From contig CANHVD010000001.1 in NCBI GenBank assembly GCA_947463775.1, positions 1-36,859 on the forward strand: a stretch of 36,859 nt of DNA, in the 5' to 3' direction. A model generated the notes under the pieces. That model saw nothing but the letters and a program-made list of their open reading frames with translations. It did no database searches and was not told the origin of the DNA. Of this stretch, positions 1 through 9,144 are shown piece after piece. Made by a program: the position numbers and the translations under genes. The first letter of the stretch is position 1. Every line of letters starts with the position of its first letter. The DNA is from Planctomycetaceae bacterium. Lineage in GTDB: Bacteria; Planctomycetota; Planctomycetia; Planctomycetales; Planctomycetaceae.

Positions 1-41
1 AAGCCGTTTTCGTCGTTCTTCAGTGCATTCAGAATGTTCAT
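1..41 (-). CDS. 5' end of an unidentified CDS that runs off the left edge (MNILNALKNDENG...)
   Basis: The reverse strand reads AGGAGA-cgaacg-ATG AAC ATT CTG AAT GCA CTG AAG AAC GAC GAA AAC GGC and stays open to the window edge. There is a good SD-like spacing. Only 13 codons are visible, so no family call is possible. Confidence 0.4.
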   Translation of the reverse strand, partial: MNILNALKNDENG

Positions 42-530
42 CGTTCGTCTCCTGTGTCGTTGTCGTGAAGCTCAGTTTCGGATGAGTTTCACTCTTGTCT
101 GTCTTGGCTGGTCACTTTGATCAGCGTTGATGCAGGAGATGTAAAGCAGTCTGTATGCCAAACCCCCTTGGCGCGCAAAGAAGATTGTTTTTGTCGTTGT
201 TCTGATCGGATCTAAACACAAGTGCGGTATTGTGTTACGAAGATTCTTCAATCTTTGCGTCGGGGTTTACAGATCGCAAATGCAATGTCCGAACAATGTT
301 GCCTGAAATCAACGAGGGGAATGGATTCCCCTGACGAAAGCGTCGTAACTCAGGCTCTCAACCGCATTTCGGCGCAGGCAACACGAAATGATTCAAATGG
401 TGCCGATCGGCAACGCCTGAATAATCGGAAGAGCATTGAGGAACTGAGCTTGTCCAGGTGAGCCGGAGCGACATGTTTCCGGAAGAATAAAGAAACGTCA
501 CATGCAGAATAATGACCGGCATTGTCTGCT

Positions 531-1430
531 CTACATGCAGGTCATGGTGGCAGGGTCAGCGGTTTCGAGGATCCAGGCCGTCCTGTGCAATGTTTGTTTC
601 ACCTGGGGCTGAAGTTGAGTCGCTTCGCCGCGACTTTCGGCAACAACGAAAACGGTTGAGCCGCTACCGGACATGAAGACCGGACGACCGGCAAGTCTAT
701 GAAGGCGCACCATCAGTTCGGCCATCTCAGGGTTTGTTTTCTTAGCCGCACTGGTGAGTCGATTAAAGACAACATCCTGGAAACGTGGGGAGCCCTGCCC
801 TCTCAAGACGGATACCACAGCGGAAGAATTGAGGCATTGATCCGGCATGTCGGTGGCCCGAAACACGGCGGCCGTGCTGTTCCCGGACTTCGGTCGGACC
901 GCAACAAAGAAGAGCTTTCGAGCAAGCGGGAACGGCTCAATCAATTCCCCACGGCCACGACAGATTGCTGCTGGCATACCGCTCAGCAGAAAATTGATAT
1001 CGCTTCCGAGACCGGCTGCAAGTCCATGGAGGTCAGCATTCGAGAGTGACGACATCCCGGGTGATGGCTGCCAGATCTGGCGGCAAAGCAAGAGTGCCGC
1101 GGCTGCATTACTGGAACCACCAGCCAATCCGGATTCGGGAGGAATCCGTTTGTGAAGAGTGAACTCGGCACCATAGCGAGTTCCCAGTTTTTCTCTTACC
1201 GCAGCGGCGGCTTTGAGGATCAGATTGCTTTCGTCGAGCGGTACACCTTTTCGGTTTCCTGCAGCAGTTGCATCGCTGAAACGAAGAGTCAATTGCGGGG
1301 AAAATGTTGGCCGAGCTGTCAGCTGATCAGAAAACTGAGTTCTTAGCATCACTGTTTCGAGTTCATGATACCCGTCGGGGCGTTTTCCGAGGACCTCCAA
1401 AAACACATTGAGTTTCGCCGGGCAAGCCAT
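531..1430 (-). CDS. ispE: 4-(cytidine 5'-diphospho)-2-C-methyl-D-erythritol kinase (GHMP kinase family)
   Basis: The N-terminus ACPAKLNVFLEVLGKRPDGYHELETV and the GHMP motif PPESGLAGGSSNAAAALLL are typical of IspE. The conserved region begins at ATG 1428-1430, which is M45 of the 531..1562 ORF. The 44 upstream codons do not look IspE-like, so the start could be as far upstream as 1562. Confidence 0.9.
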   Translation of the reverse strand: MACPAKLNVFLEVLGKRPDGYHELETVMLRTQFSDQLTARPTFSPQLTLRFSDATAAGNRKGVPLDESNLILKAAAAVREKLGTRYGAEFTLHKRIPPESGLAGGSSNAAAALLLCRQIWQPSPGMSSLSNADLHGLAAGLGSDINFLLSGMPAAICRGRGELIEPFPLARKLFFVAVRPKSGNSTAAVFRATDMPDQCLNSSAVVSVLRGQGSPRFQDVVFNRLTSAAKKTNPEMAELMVRLHRLAGRPVFMSGSGSTVFVVAESRGEATQLQPQVKQTLHRTAWILETADPATMTCM

Positions 1431-1566
1431 CGTAATCGAGTTTTCAGAGCCCGATTTGTAACCACACCCCATCGTTATGGGAGTCGAGGCTAATAAGTTC
1501 CCGCATTCTGTCATTGGGGGTCTCTTTACGATTCTGTTTCCCCGCGATACGCGGCCGAACACTCGT

Positions 1567-2673
1567 TCATCTCGAGATCAGGCTGGTATCAGGAGATGTC
1601 TGTTGAGCATGTTCCTGCATATCTTTCAGCACTTGCTCGATCGTAACAGACTCAACGCCATCAAATGATGGACGCACTGGCGGTGAAGTCAATTGATGCG
1701 TTCTGGTGCCCCGGAAGATGTTGTCGGACATCTGGAATTGCCAGATCAGCAGCAGGACTCCAATGCCGACGATAATTCCCACCCACATCAACCACGGATT
1801 CATCTCGTCTGCTCGAGTGACAAGGCTGCGTGGCGGTAGATAACGTAACCGACCCGCTAAAATCAACGGTGCCAGTGCAAGGTCGCCTTGTCCGTCGACA
1901 CCTTTGGCCGCATAGCCTTCACGCTTGAAAAAGTATCCCGCTAACTCAACATCGGGGCCATTGGAACCGAGTTCCTCGCGGAGAGGCAAACCAGAATCGG
2001 CGCTCAGAGCAACCACATGCAGAAGTTGATTTCCGGAATCACGAGTTGAGATCCATGCATCGTACGCAGCACGCACTCCGTAGGTCTCCGCGCTTTTTGG
2101 GAGAGGAGCTTTTACAAGGCGTCGCAGGCGGCCCTGAATCGTGAACGCCTTGCCGCGGCAGGACTGTGGGGCATCCATGAAGAGAGCAAACTGTCCCTCC
2201 GGAATTCGGGATCGCTGTTCGCTGGTGATTTTCTGAGCCATTCGCAGCGTTCCAAACCACGCGTCGCTCTCTGTTGAAAGCACTCCAAGAACGTCGTCGC
2301 GAATTGTTCGTGTCAGATTATAAGGAACGTTATTAACGCCATTCGTGTTCTCCGGGAGAGTCGCTTCCATTTGAGCAGCCCCGGCCCGATCGATCATGGA
2401 AGCGTAGTCATTCGCTGCCGCAGGTGATTCGGTCGGCACGAACTCGACTTCATCAGGTCGCAGTTCAGTGTTTCCCATCAAGGCTTCAGAAACAGGCTGT
2501 GTTTTTTTCTGTGCTGTTGCCGGATCTGAAAACAACTGGGTGAACCAGGCTGATTTCCCCGACATGATCAGGATCATGACCAGCAAACCCACGCCCACAA
2601 TCATCAGAGTGATACGACGTTGCTCTCGAGCCAGAATTTGCCCTCGCGGTTTTCCTTTGGATCGAAATCTCAT
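1567..2673 (-). CDS. two-TM membrane protein of unknown function with a large extracytoplasmic domain
   Basis: ATG 2671-2673 is preceded by AGGAGA on the minus strand. A basic N-terminus is followed by a TM segment (ITLMIVGVGLLVMILIM), a soluble domain of about 260 aa, and a second TM segment (WLMWVGIIVGIGVLLLIW). I recognise no family motif. Confidence 0.72.
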   Translation of the reverse strand: MRFRSKGKPRGQILAREQRRITLMIVGVGLLVMILIMSGKSAWFTQLFSDPATAQKKTQPVSEALMGNTELRPDEVEFVPTESPAAANDYASMIDRAGAAQMEATLPENTNGVNNVPYNLTRTIRDDVLGVLSTESDAWFGTLRMAQKITSEQRSRIPEGQFALFMDAPQSCRGKAFTIQGRLRRLVKAPLPKSAETYGVRAAYDAWISTRDSGNQLLHVVALSADSGLPLREELGSNGPDVELAGYFFKREGYAAKGVDGQGDLALAPLILAGRLRYLPPRSLVTRADEMNPWLMWVGIIVGIGVLLLIWQFQMSDNIFRGTRTHQLTSPPVRPSFDGVESVTIEQVLKDMQEHAQQTSPDTSLISR

Positions 2674-2984
2674 TGATGTTCTCCTGATGATCGGGAATTG
2701 GCACATTTCTTGGGGTCGAACCTGACAGAGGACAGGTTGGCCAACTCCATTCCTGTCGCCAGTGTAAGGCCATTCGCACTGATGACTCAAGTGATTCTGC
2801 CCAGTCGCCGCATTTCTTCTGGTCTGCGTAATCCAGTGATGTGTCCTCAGTTGAAGCGGATTCCGGATTTCAGGTTGATCTGCGATACTAGGCGTCGTTT
2901 TCTACAGTCTTTGAAAGAATGACTGGGAAACGGGTAGTACAAAATCGGTTCAGGGTTGAATTATGTCTGGAACAGGGCGAGTGA

Positions 2985-4175
2985 ATGGCTGACAAGGGAC
3001 GTAAACATCATCGATCTCAGGAAGGGAAAAAGCACCGGGTCGATATCCGTCGGAACAAGCAGACACGTACGCGGCAGCAGAATCTGACTCAGGATTTGCA
3101 GAGCAGCGACGAAACTGTGGAAGACGTCTCACGCGGTGAACGAGTGACTGCTCGCGGCGACCTTTCGCGTCGTCGAACACTGGTTGGAATCGAGTCGCAC
3201 GGGGATCAGTTGTTGCGAGTGGTCGATGAATCCGGTTGCCGCAGCGGACGTGTGTCCAGCTTCATTGGGCTGCACGTGATGGTGCTGGACGATGCTGATG
3301 GCAAAGAGTACGCCTGTTCTATTCGCGGAATCCTGCGTTCACTGGCTCGTGATTCCCGCAATGTCGTCGTCACTGGCGATCGAGTTTTGTTTCGTCAGGA
3401 AGGCGATGTCAGTCAGGCCGTCATTGAACGAGTTGAGCCGAGACGCGGGATTTTGTCTCGCGGTAGTCAGGGGCGCGAGCATGTTCTGGTTGCCAATATT
3501 GATCAGGTGTTGATTGTCGGAACTGCAGCGGATCCGGACTTTAAGCCGCAGTTGATCGACCGCTATCTGGTGAGTGCGGAGCGACGAGGAATTCAGCCAA
3601 TTATTTGTATCAATAAGATCGACCTCGTGGATCCACGATCGCTGCTTGTCCACGTTCGTGCTTATGGTCGCGCGGGGTATACGGTCGTCTTGACGTGTAC
3701 TCGAGATGGTCGAGGAATTGATCAGCTGCGAGGATTACTGGCCAATCGTCAGACGGCCGTCAGTGGGCAAAGTGGAGTCGGCAAGTCGTCTCTGTTGAAC
3801 TGTGTGGATAACGAGTTGGGACTTCGCACGGCTGATGTCAGCGACTGGACTCGCAAGGGAACTCATACAACTCGCCGTGCCAGGCTGGTACCGTTGACCT
3901 TCGGAGGCTGGGTCTGTGATACGCCCGGCATTCGGCAGTTTGAGTTATGGGATATCTCCATCGAAGAAGTGGACGGCTACTATGTCGAGTTCCGTCCGTT
4001 TATTCCGTACTGTCGTTATCAGGACTGTACTCACACGCATGAAGATGGCTGTGGAGTGAAAGAAGCTGTCGCACAGGCGTTGATTTCAGAATCTCGATAC
4101 AACAGCTATCTGCGACTCCGAGAGGACGATATTTGGACATGGAAAAACCCTGCTCGGGGTCATGTGAAACAGTGA
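2985..4175 (+). CDS. rsgA: ribosome small-subunit-dependent GTPase A (circularly permuted GTPase)
   Basis: The GTPase motifs occur in permuted order: G4 (INKIDL), then G1 (GQSGVGKSSLLN), then G3 (DTPGIRQFELW). The C-terminal zinc motif is CRYQDCTHTHEDGCGV. A basic N-terminal extension of about 70 aa precedes them. Confidence 0.92.
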   Translation: MADKGRKHHRSQEGKKHRVDIRRNKQTRTRQQNLTQDLQSSDETVEDVSRGERVTARGDLSRRRTLVGIESHGDQLLRVVDESGCRSGRVSSFIGLHVMVLDDADGKEYACSIRGILRSLARDSRNVVVTGDRVLFRQEGDVSQAVIERVEPRRGILSRGSQGREHVLVANIDQVLIVGTAADPDFKPQLIDRYLVSAERRGIQPIICINKIDLVDPRSLLVHVRAYGRAGYTVVLTCTRDGRGIDQLRGLLANRQTAVSGQSGVGKSSLLNCVDNELGLRTADVSDWTRKGTHTTRRARLVPLTFGGWVCDTPGIRQFELWDISIEEVDGYYVEFRPFIPYCRYQDCTHTHEDGCGVKEAVAQALISESRYNSYLRLREDDIWTWKNPARGHVKQ

Positions 4176-4706
4176 TATTGTTCTATGCAGTTATTGCCTT
4201 GCTGTCTCGATGGTAAATCTGAATCCAGGGTAAAGTGCTGGGCGTATGGTGCGTTTTGCGTTCGCAGCCAGCTGTCATGCAGGTTGGCAAGCCTGGGGAG
4301 CCTCCGGGCCGATTGGTGATCTTGCATGCGACGCGAGCACCAGCCGCGGGGCGATAACTTGGAAAACGACTTCTTCCGAAAAGCCCCGAGAAGACGGCAG
4401 TTTCATGATTCGTTGTGAGGCCGTTTCCCGGATTACTTCGGGGGCCGACCATCTGGTTTTCGAGTTCGAACTCTGCCCCGGATGCACATATCCGACGCAT
4501 TCTTGATCGTTGTCCGTCGTGCGGAAAGGCACTGTTGGTCCATTCCGGGATCTTTTTCACCGCGTCTTCCGCCGAAGTACTTTGGGTTGGTTTGTTGCGG
4601 CATGGGCAAGGAAACCCGTCGGATGCTTCTCAGAACGGTTTTCTCCGGTAATACTTCCGGAGGTCTCGAGCATTCACAACCATCATTTAGCAGAGGACAC
4701 TCGGAA

Positions 4707-6068
4707 ATGGGTCAGGGGAAAGCCACTGACGTGCAGGTCAAGGAAGTCAGTGTGTCATTTGAGCCGGTTCAATTCCGTGCTCCGCTGAAGTTCGGTGGCC
4801 GGATCGTTAGTTCGTCGTATCTGATCAATGCCGAAGTCACGGTCGAATCGCATAGCGGAAAGCATGCAACCGGACATGGAAGCATGCCTGTTGGAAATGT
4901 CTGGGCCTGGCCTTCAGCAACACTGGAGCCTCATCAGACCGAGCAACTCATGATGGCTTATTCCAGGTCCGTCGTGGATCTGTTCGATACGTATCCTGGG
5001 TTCGGCCATCCTCTTGAGATTGAGTTCGAAGTCTCTACAGAGTATGAACATCAGGCGAGACGGCTTTGCGAATCAAAAGGTGTTGGTGAAACGATTCCAC
5101 CTTTGGCTCGGATGGTTTGCGCAAGTCCGATCGATGCGGCGGTGCACGATGCGTATGGTCGAATGCTCAAACTGAACAGTTTCAATACTCTGTCGAAAGA
5201 GTTCTGCAAGACGGACCTCGGCGAGTTTCTCGACAGTCAGTTTGCCGGTGAGTATCTCGATAAATATACGTCGCGTGAACCAGTGCCGACATTGCCACTG
5301 TATCATCTTGTTGGGGCGATGGATCCCTTGACGGAAGCTGACGTGAAAGATCGTCCGGCTGATAAGCTGCCAGTGACGCTTGGTGAATGGATCAAGGCGG
5401 ATACCCTGACTCACCTGAAGATCAAGCTGGCCGGTGATCAGCTTGACTGGGATGTTGATCGAGTTCTGGCTATTGAAAAAGTAACAGCACAGGCTCAGGC
5501 GGAGCGAGGGTGTGCAGCCTGGTTTTACTCCTGTGACTTCAATGAAAAATGCCAGTCGGCAGACTATGTTATCGAGTTCCTGAATCGGATTCGAAAATCG
5601 AGTCCTGGGGCATTTGATCGCATTCAGTACATTGAACAGCCGACGAGCAGAAATCTGGACGCGGAAAACGCCCCGAAGATGCATGAGGTGGCTAAAATCA
5701 AGCCGGTTGTGATCGACGAAGCTCTGGTTTCCTATGAGTCTCTGCTGCAAGCTCGGGAGCTGGGTTACTCGGGTATTGCGTTAAAGGCCTGCAAGGGACA
5801 GACCGAGTCCCTGCTGATGGCGGCTGCGGCTCAGAAGTTTGGGATGTTTTTGTGTGTGCAGGACTTAACCTGCCCGGGAGCATCGTTCCTTCACTCGTGC
5901 AGCCTTGCTGCGAGGATCCCTGGGGTTGCCGCTATTGAAGGAAACGCGCGGCAATACTGTCCATCGGCAAACCAGAAATGGGCCAAGAAACTTCCGACGC
6001 TCTTTAATGTCAAAAATGGCACAATCGACACAAGTCGACTTGCGGGCCCGGGCCTGGGTTTCCAGTAA
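4707..6068 (+). CDS. enolase-superfamily enzyme (mandelate racemase/muconate lactonizing enzyme family, MLE-like subgroup)
   Basis: It carries a KxK motif (LKIKLAGD). Metal-ligand positions are D in CDFNE, E in IEQP and D in VIDEA, and the second catalytic Lys region is ALKACKGQTE. I chose ATG 4707 (GAGGA about 9 nt upstream) because the in-frame 4482..4706 extension is not protein-like. Confidence 0.85.
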   Translation: MGQGKATDVQVKEVSVSFEPVQFRAPLKFGGRIVSSSYLINAEVTVESHSGKHATGHGSMPVGNVWAWPSATLEPHQTEQLMMAYSRSVVDLFDTYPGFGHPLEIEFEVSTEYEHQARRLCESKGVGETIPPLARMVCASPIDAAVHDAYGRMLKLNSFNTLSKEFCKTDLGEFLDSQFAGEYLDKYTSREPVPTLPLYHLVGAMDPLTEADVKDRPADKLPVTLGEWIKADTLTHLKIKLAGDQLDWDVDRVLAIEKVTAQAQAERGCAAWFYSCDFNEKCQSADYVIEFLNRIRKSSPGAFDRIQYIEQPTSRNLDAENAPKMHEVAKIKPVVIDEALVSYESLLQARELGYSGIALKACKGQTESLLMAAAAQKFGMFLCVQDLTCPGASFLHSCSLAARIPGVAAIEGNARQYCPSANQKWAKKLPTLFNVKNGTIDTSRLAGPGLGFQ

Positions 6069-6307
6069 ACGCTGTTTTGGGGTTGATCGGTCGTTTTTTC
6101 TCCCCCCGAATGTGCCGAAGCTGCGATGTGGACCGGAAGTTTTGGCCCACGATGCACTTTCGGACAGGTCAATTCTGGAGTTCGCTTTTCTGTTGTTGGT
6201 ACCATGGACGATGTCAGCGATCGGAGAACCTGCTTATTTTCTACCCCGTGGAGGGGAGCAGAGTGGTTTTTCCGACTTGTGAAGACGTCTGGTTAGTGAC
6301 GACAGAC

Positions 6308-6341
6308 CCGGACAGGATGCCTGTCTGGTTGTGTTGTTTTT
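6308..6341 (+). terminator. putative intrinsic terminator downstream of the enolase-family gene
   Basis: A 9-bp stem CCGGACAGG/CCTGTCTGG (one G-U pair) with loop ATG is followed by the T-rich tract TTGTGTTGTTTTT. It lies about 240 nt after the stop, so the assignment is tentative. Confidence 0.35.
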
Positions 6342-6431
6342 GACTGATCAGGTTGCGGCACCCATTTTTGCTTGGGTGTGGCTGTTCCTTTTTGATTCGT
6401 CTACGTATCGCAAATTGCGGAATCACGGACA

Positions 6432-8417
6432 ATGAACTCTTCGCTCCGAACAACACTGCTTCGAAACTCAGTCCTGCTTCGAACAACAGCCTCGCTCATA
6501 CTTTTGGGTTGGGGAGGTGTTGAGTCTGTATCGGCACAGGACGAAGCTGTGGCAGTGGCCCCGGTGGAGGACAGTGTTCTTCCGTCTGCGCTTGTTGATG
6601 AATCTGAACCAGTCACGATCTACAATTTGCCCAGTCTGAAGCTGCATTGGGAAGCTCAGGCGGTAATCAACACGGGGCGTGATAAGGTTGCTCACATCGC
6701 CTTGGATGAAGAGGTCGTTTTCGTGCAGTCCTCGGCCGGGGTTGTCACTGCACTGAATTCAGAAAGTGGACGGCGTTTTTGGTCTGCTCAGGTTGGTCGA
6801 AACGATGAAGTGGCAATGAAAGCCACGACCGACAGTCAGATGGTGGCTGTTGTAGTCGGGCCCGTTGTTCATGCATTTGATAAGTTTAGTGGCCAAAAGC
6901 TCTTTGCGTTCCGGCTTGATAATGCCGCCAGTGGAGCTCCACTGATTACGCGTCGTGAGATTGCTGTTGGGAATCGTATTGATGTCATTCGACACATCTT
7001 TGTTCCAACCTCGGATCAGGCATTAGTGGCCTACGACGTTGAACAGTTACAGTACCTTGGCACTCATGGAACGTTGAAGCCGGGTGTTATTCGGGCACTT
7101 GACTGGCGTTTTGCGACCGCACAGGACATTCGATTTGCTCCTGTTGCCGGACAAGAGCGGCTCGCTTTTGCCACGGATGTCGGCAATATCTACGTGATGG
7201 ATATGACAGGCAATGTAAAAGGGAATACTCGTTTTGAGTTCCTCATGAACAGCGCTACCACTGCTCCGCTAACGGTAGTGACACGCGACGATAACGAATA
7301 CCTGCTGGCCGCGTGCGAGAACAATCGCCTGTTCTGTATCGCTCTCAAAACCGACGGAAGTATGGTCTGGACAATCCCGATGTCGCATCCCGTGACGCAC
7401 CCGATTTCGGTCGTGGGGGATGATGTTTATGTCGTATCCAGCAACCGCGAACTTCTTAAATTCAATCTCCGCACTGGTCAGCCAACAAAGATTTCCAAAG
7501 GTGTGGTTGGAGTGGCAAGTCAGACTGAGGGAGATGAGGGGGGGCTCCCTGTGTTTGGGGCCTCTGTAGTAGCAGATTGCAATGGTTTGCTGGCTCATGA
7601 GCCCGTTAGCATTACAAACAAGTCAACTGGACAAATGGTGAATTCAATTGTCCTCGACCTCACCAAATCGAAACAGGCTGTGACATTTGTCGCTGGCGAA
7701 AACGGAAAGCCCATCATTGGTGTTTCAGATGAAGATCGGGCGACAACCGGGATGAGTGAGGCGAAGTTAAGTGAAGACGGTAAGGTGATGACCATTGAAT
7801 TCACGGATTTCCATCCAGACGAAACATTTCGCTTCTACCCGGATGTAGTGCATCCGGAAGTTCCTGCGTGGAAGTTGACACACAGTGTTTTCTCAGGCTG
7901 TGATTTCAAATCGCTTGTATCACCTATTCGAGCAGCGGCTGCGAGTGTTGCCGAACAGGTACGGCCATTTCCACCAAGAGAAGTCGTTGGTGTATTCGTG
8001 GATGTTGCGGTACCGTGGCGAGTGGCGGGAGTTAAGTCTCTGGTCGCCATCTCCGAAAACACTGCCTACTTCGTCGACCTGAATGATCGAGTTGTTTCAG
8101 TGAGTCGAGAGCACGGCGGAAGTCCCATTGTTACGCCAACTCGCGACTACACGATCCATATCAATAACTCACTCACAGACCGGGTTTACTTGAGCACCGC
8201 ATCGGGCCGTGTTGCATGCTTTACTGAAACGCGCATTGAGGTTAGCGCAATGCCAGTGCCGATTTTTGGTGCACCGACATGGATTATCTATCCGTTGCAG
8301 GAGTTGTCTCCGGAGTTTGCGTCGTACCATCAGAACCCGGGTGCTCGCCCAATTATGCCAGACGTTTTAAAGAAGGATCCTGCTGCCGCTCCTGCACCTG
8401 AAGATGCGAGCGAGTGA
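6432..8417 (+). CDS. secreted PQQ-like/BamB-like beta-propeller repeat protein
   Basis: The N-terminal signal-like segment is LRTTASLILLGWGGVESVSAQDE. Blade motifs of the type V(F)V.SS.G.V.AL....G...W recur (e.g. VVFVQSSAGVVTALNSESGRRFWS, DVYVVSSNRELLKFNLRTGQP). The function is unknown. Confidence 0.78.
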   Translation: MNSSLRTTLLRNSVLLRTTASLILLGWGGVESVSAQDEAVAVAPVEDSVLPSALVDESEPVTIYNLPSLKLHWEAQAVINTGRDKVAHIALDEEVVFVQSSAGVVTALNSESGRRFWSAQVGRNDEVAMKATTDSQMVAVVVGPVVHAFDKFSGQKLFAFRLDNAASGAPLITRREIAVGNRIDVIRHIFVPTSDQALVAYDVEQLQYLGTHGTLKPGVIRALDWRFATAQDIRFAPVAGQERLAFATDVGNIYVMDMTGNVKGNTRFEFLMNSATTAPLTVVTRDDNEYLLAACENNRLFCIALKTDGSMVWTIPMSHPVTHPISVVGDDVYVVSSNRELLKFNLRTGQPTKISKGVVGVASQTEGDEGGLPVFGASVVADCNGLLAHEPVSITNKSTGQMVNSIVLDLTKSKQAVTFVAGENGKPIIGVSDEDRATTGMSEAKLSEDGKVMTIEFTDFHPDETFRFYPDVVHPEVPAWKLTHSVFSGCDFKSLVSPIRAAAASVAEQVRPFPPREVVGVFVDVAVPWRVAGVKSLVAISENTAYFVDLNDRVVSVSREHGGSPIVTPTRDYTIHINNSLTDRVYLSTASGRVACFTETRIEVSAMPVPIFGAPTWIIYPLQELSPEFASYHQNPGARPIMPDVLKKDPAAAPAPEDASE

Positions 8418-9144
8418 GATTTTTGTCTGTTGCTGCTTTGTCGGACTGTTGGATGCAGGACCTCGCTATCGTGTAGTTCCTGTCTGATAAGGATCCAGCG
8501 AGACTCGTAACCGTGACGTCTCTGTCTGGCCGAGTTGAGTGATTCTTGATGATCCTCGCTCTGGCCGTTCAATAACAATGCTGAACGGCCTGGGGACGGC
8601 TGACAGCGAGTGCATTGTCATCGCTTGAAATCGCAGTTGTCTGTCATTATTTCTGTGGCGGAGATGGCGAACGCAAGAATCAGTTTTTTGTTAAGCAGAA
8701 TGTTTCGCAACACTTGGCCCGGGGCCAGCGCACAATTCTGTGAGTGAAACTCCAGACAACCGCAACATCAGGTCGAGGCTGCTCCTCTTTTGCTGCGAAT
8801 GGGGCTTGGCTTCGTGCTGCCTTTGGTTGGTGCTGTCTCCTTGACTTTGCGATCGTGTTTGGACTCCCGTAGCGTCCAGAAGGACCACTTTGTGGGCGGT
8901 TCATGTACCGTATCGCTCGGAGGAGTGGGGCTGTCTATCTTTCTGCCGAACCGAATTTGCGCGGAACTGCTGAACGAGCGATCAAATGTGTGTTGATGGT
9001 GTTCGCGATTGCCTGAATTTGATTCAAAAAGTCAAAGGTCCTGTGCAGTGTTTCTCGCATCAATCGATCTGATGTGGTGCAATTCGTCGGCGCTGTTCAG
9101 CGCAGCATTCAAGTCAGATAGATTTCGTTTCAGGGGTTATCTCG

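Noticed and set aside
222-461. A 79-aa ORF (GTG start; internal ATGs give MSEQCCLK... or MDSPDESVVTQALNRISAQ...).
   Set aside because: It has no recognisable family and weak or mis-spaced SD sequences. The hairpin just after its stop is followed by an A-rich rather than a T-rich tract. It might be a real small protein, but I cannot support it from sequence alone.
4462-4473. GAGTTCGAACTC, reminiscent of a tRNA T-arm (TTCGAA loop).
   Set aside because: The flanks do not form a 5-bp T-stem, acceptor stem or anticodon arm, so it is just a palindrome. The same applies to GGGATTCGAAC at 31834..31844, which lies inside a CDS.
4482-4706. An in-frame 75-codon upstream extension of the enolase-family ORF.
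   Set aside because: The translation (MHISDAFLIVVRRAERHCWSIPGSFSPRLPPKYFGLVCCG...) is not protein-like. The conserved capping domain starts right after ATG 4707, which has a GAGGA upstream.
5073-5750. A 225-aa minus-strand ORF inside the enolase-family gene.
   Set aside because: It is antisense to a CDS with clear family motifs and has no motifs or start context of its own.
8418-9144. Known housekeeping ncRNAs (tmRNA, RNase P RNA, SRP RNA, 6S) or a common riboswitch in the large gap.
   Set aside because: I looked for the conserved boxes: GAGGAAAGUCC for RNase P, AGGUCCGGAAGGAAGCAGC for SRP, and a tRNA-like 3' end with a tag ORF for tmRNA. I found none. The nearest is CAGGUCGAGGCUGCUCC, which is not a match. 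6S cannot be judged by eye.
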